Source: Myxococcota bacterium
Lineage (GTDB): Bacteria; Myxococcota; UBA4151
DNA length: 21,879 nucleotides
Direction of reading: 5' to 3'
Assembly: GCA_036338695.1 (NCBI GenBank)
Contig: JAYZBQ010000040.1
Coordinates: 1 to 21,879, forward strand
Translations under genes and position numbers: made by a program
The notes under the pieces: generated by a model
Seen by the model: the letters and a program-made list of their open reading frames with translations, nothing else
Told to the model about the DNA's origin: nothing
Database searches by the model: none
Shown here: positions 19,901 to 21,879 of the stretch, in pieces
Layout: each line of letters opens with the position of its first letter
Position numbering within the stretch: the first letter of the stretch is position 1

Positions 19901-21879
19901 CGCGCCCTGATGGGCCAAAACCCACACCTCACCATCGACTACACCCTGCTCAGCCCGCTCCCAACGGTGACGCGCAGGCTGATCGACGGGGAGGCGGGGA
20001 CCATCGTTGAGCATCAGCGCTACAACGGCGGCAGTGAGCTGGTGGCGCGCATCACCGAGCTTGGTCCCTCGCGCCGGATCGTCTCCCAATACACTCGGCG
20101 CAACGCACGCGGCTTGGCGGCGACGACCTGCGAAGCCTTCTACATGACCAGCCCCGAGATCCCCGAACAGCTCCCTCAGCGTACCCCGTGCGCGCAGCAT
20201 CGCTTTGACGCGCAAGGGCGACCGCTGACGTCCACCGATGCCCGCTCTATCGAGACGCAGTGGAGCTACCGGGCGCTGGAGTCCACATCGCAGACCGGAG
20301 GCATGAGCGCTGAGCTGAGGCGCCGAGATGGGCTCGATCGCCCAAGCGTCACGCGACGCACCGTCGAAGGCGTCGACCAAGAAGCCCAAGCCGAATACGA
20401 CGCCGCCGGCCGGCTGCGGCGTCTGGAGCTCAATCAAGGTCAAGCGAGCCACACCTTTGGCTACGACACCCTCGGTCGGCTGCTCGAGGCTGAAGACCCC
20501 GACCAAGGCCGGCGTGCGCACACGTATGATGATCATGACCGGATCGTGACGACTCAAAACGCGGCCGGCGAGACCATCAGCTATCGCTATGATGACGCCG
20601 GTCGCTTACTGTCTGAGAGCGGCAGCCGGGGGACTCAGCGCAGCTACCATTACGACGCGCCGCGCGCCGGCACCCAAGGCGGGCGCGAGGCAGGTCGACT
20701 GGCGTGGGTTGAGGAGCCGACCGGGACGATCGCCTTTGGCTACGACGCCTTCGGGCGCGTCCAATCTCAGCGTCGCTTCATCGCCGGGCAAGAGGCTCAT
20801 GAGCGGCGAACCTACAGCCCCTCAGGTAGGCTCCTAATGCACACCTTTGGCGGCGGCCCCACCGTCGACTACGGCTACGATCTCGGCGGCCGTTTGGTGC
20901 GCGCCGCGCCCTTCTGGGAGGCGATCGAGCTCGACGCAGCAGGGCGTCCGCTCAAAGAAGAATTTCAGAACGGCGTCCGCCACGACAACGAGCGAGATGG
21001 ACTCGGTTTCCTCATCGCTCAGGTGATCGCACGCGGCGAGACAACCCTGAGCGATCTCGCCATCGAGCGCAATGCGCGCGGGGCGACGACGCAGATCACC
21101 GATCGTCTGGCGACCGGCATGGACCACAACCAGCGCTTCACCTACGACCCGGGCCATCGGCTGCGCGCCGCCACGGTCGCCGGTCGCACCATCGAGCTGA
21201 CCTACGATGCGCTGGGCAACCTGACGGCGCGACGCGTGGACGGCGCGCCACCCGAGGGGCTGGTCACCGGTGCGTTTCGCTACCAAGAGGCACACCCCCG
21301 CCAGCTGGTGCAAGCGGGCGAGGTCACCCTCGCCTACGACGCGGCTGGCCGTGCGACCGAGGTCGGCGACCGGCGCCTGACCTGGGACGCCTTTGACCGC
21401 TTAATTGCGACGGAGCGGGACGGTCAGACCGAGACGCATCGCTACGGGCTGGGCGGCTTGCGCACGCTGACCGATCGCGCCGACGGCCGAACCGAGCGCT
21501 GGTTTAGCGAGCACCACCTGCGGCTCGGCGCCATGGATCACTTCTACGTCGAGGTGAACGGGCGACGGGTCGTCCGCGTGCGTCAAGTTGCGCCGGAGCA
21601 AGCCGCGCAAGCGCCTGTGTCACCGCCTTGGTTGCCGCTGCTGCTTGCGCTGCTGACGCTTTGGGCGAGCAGACCCCGCCAGGCTCGCCCCGCCTGGGCG
21701 CGCACGGCGGCGGCGGGCGGCATTTTGATTAGTTTGGGCGCGTGCGCCTGTGCGCCGACCGAGGCGCCCGGTGTGTTTTACCTCCACCGCAGCCACGCCG
21801 TGGGCCCCACCCTGATCACGGACCAAGCGGGCACACTCGTCGACGAGCGCCGGTTTGCACCCTATGGGCACCGCCTTGA
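16997..21879 (+). CDS. Secreted SpvB/FG-GAP/TcdB-midN/YD-repeat Rhs protein (TcB-TcC-like fusion), partial at 3' end
   Basis: Manual translation of frame +2 shows no stop from 16997 to the window end. SpvB-like IELPAGRAGVAPLLTLRYDGNLGDGPLGPGWTLDVPQIRR, six DxxGDG-type FG-GAP motifs (about 18000-18780), LLEVIDNGLG...WDHEERSFAGFG (TcdB midN-like), many YDxxGRL repeats, and the start of the Rhs core (FYLHRSHAVGPTLITDQAGTLVDERRFAPYG). The start is TTG 16997 (gives a signal peptide) or ATG 17072. Confidence 0.93.
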   Translation, partial: MKLLHRSLRRCAPLAVCVSLLGSPSMALAVLGPAPGSVTAETLTLPTTPGSLQGAGDELALEAFSGQAQHQVTIELPAGRAGVAPLLTLRYDGNLGDGPLGPGWTLDVPQIRRSVRRGVPSYTAADTLELVGVPGANGRLLPLEDGTYRVLGQGDRLRVLPRDGGFRMLTPDGGLWLFGATEATRQTTVRGDFAWLAGAYEHPTGQVIRYTYQQLDGHAYLAQITYPLERKVQLSYLPRESALFRHRAGMPQRWSQTLSQLDVRVRGQRYSRWQLDYERTNQTPRLASVQRFGQTDATRRPPRRFSYREPVAPSSISSFAGAPFALSNPNVTLTDVDGDGLVDLVNLRGADAQWARNAGDRFEPPQALEGPDETLASGRLRLMDINGDARADLLVQRGVWIPWLNQGAGYREHTPIDGSDGLSLGGAQVFADLDGDGIAELLRSSGNGLAIFQGEAGALGEERLVDLPPELSGYSLQDARLRIQDITGDGLADFIVLEPTHFTLFEGLGDGGVTAGVRQELPRQIVDYGASYFRDLDRDGCVDFVLFVDASVFWFPRRPDGTFAAARQIAAPSGADNTSRIHLGDLNGNGTLDVIWSQNQQVWVMELVGDASRGLLEVIDNGLGRSQMIRYTSTRSLAAMASRAGSPWSRQLATILPVVSRIETRFADVHTAPREKLVVVADPIWDHEERSFAGFGQVTTRQLSASTRETLVTQTQLAPGLGEARPLRGRTLTIERRDADGRRFDRVTHDWQLRRPEALAAQPLAARAVNVATVRQVYEGAEEPLTLRTTRLFNEQGDALELRHLGVEDRSGDEQIVRMRYLYLTGAYHLWGAQTERSVHALNDELVAKTRYLYDGAMEPLPHGEATRGWLRQELGWLESEQRWVLRRAFDYDEHGNVTRRYRGGVWRRIDYDADGLFAIAEHVAPNPERTLSVRAQWDPTLGTLERLIDAAGVEHVFGYDGLGRLTTRALMGQNPHLTIDYTLLSPLPTVTRRLIDGEAGTIVEHQRYNGGSELVARITELGPSRRIVSQYTRRNARGLAATTCEAFYMTSPEIPEQLPQRTPCAQHRFDAQGRPLTSTDARSIETQWSYRALESTSQTGGMSAELRRRDGLDRPSVTRRTVEGVDQEAQAEYDAAGRLRRLELNQGQASHTFGYDTLGRLLEAEDPDQGRRAHTYDDHDRIVTTQNAAGETISYRYDDAGRLLSESGSRGTQRSYHYDAPRAGTQGGREAGRLAWVEEPTGTIAFGYDAFGRVQSQRRFIAGQEAHERRTYSPSGRLLMHTFGGGPTVDYGYDLGGRLVRAAPFWEAIELDAAGRPLKEEFQNGVRHDNERDGLGFLIAQVIARGETTLSDLAIERNARGATTQITDRLATGMDHNQRFTYDPGHRLRAATVAGRTIELTYDALGNLTARRVDGAPPEGLVTGAFRYQEAHPRQLVQAGEVTLAYDAAGRATEVGDRRLTWDAFDRLIATERDGQTETHRYGLGGLRTLTDRADGRTERWFSEHHLRLGAMDHFYVEVNGRRVVRVRQVAPEQAAQAPVSPPWLPLLLALLTLWASRPRQARPAWARTAAAGGILISLGACACAPTEAPGVFYLHRSHAVGPTLITDQAGTLVDERRFAPYGHRL

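Noticed and set aside
17417..21871. Multiple minus-strand and short + strand ORFs (272, 460, 159 aa and others)
   Set aside because: All overlap the continuous frame +2 Rhs gene, which carries the recognisable motifs.

Overview
GC-rich chromosomal window, probably from a Myxococcota/Deltaproteobacteria-type bacterium (inferred from the Cys-rich surface lipoproteins). Left: a minus-strand Cys-rich exported protein running off the left edge (missing from the ORF track), divergent from a compact + strand cluster of a rhomboid-TPR protease, an Ig/macroglobulin-like membrane protein, a stand-alone DsbD-N-like protein and a 1063-aa Cys/Asp-repeat beta-propeller lipoprotein. Middle: a minus-strand run rpsO-pnp-hisS-TlpA-hypothetical-ftsK-cyclophilin, with clear terminators and leader hairpins. 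Right: one uninterrupted reading frame from about 16997 to beyond the window end (more than 1600 aa, also missing from the ORF track) encoding a signal-peptide-bearing SpvB/FG-GAP/TcdB-midN/YD-repeat (TcB-TcC-like Rhs) protein. Its most striking feature is a hydrophobic helix, an Arg-rich loop and a lipoprotein-signal-like helix (LGAC) inserted just before the Rhs core motif, suggesting a membrane-processed, lipid-tethered Rhs shell. No rRNA, tRNA, CRISPR array or transposase was seen. All family assignments are by motif recognition, not database search.
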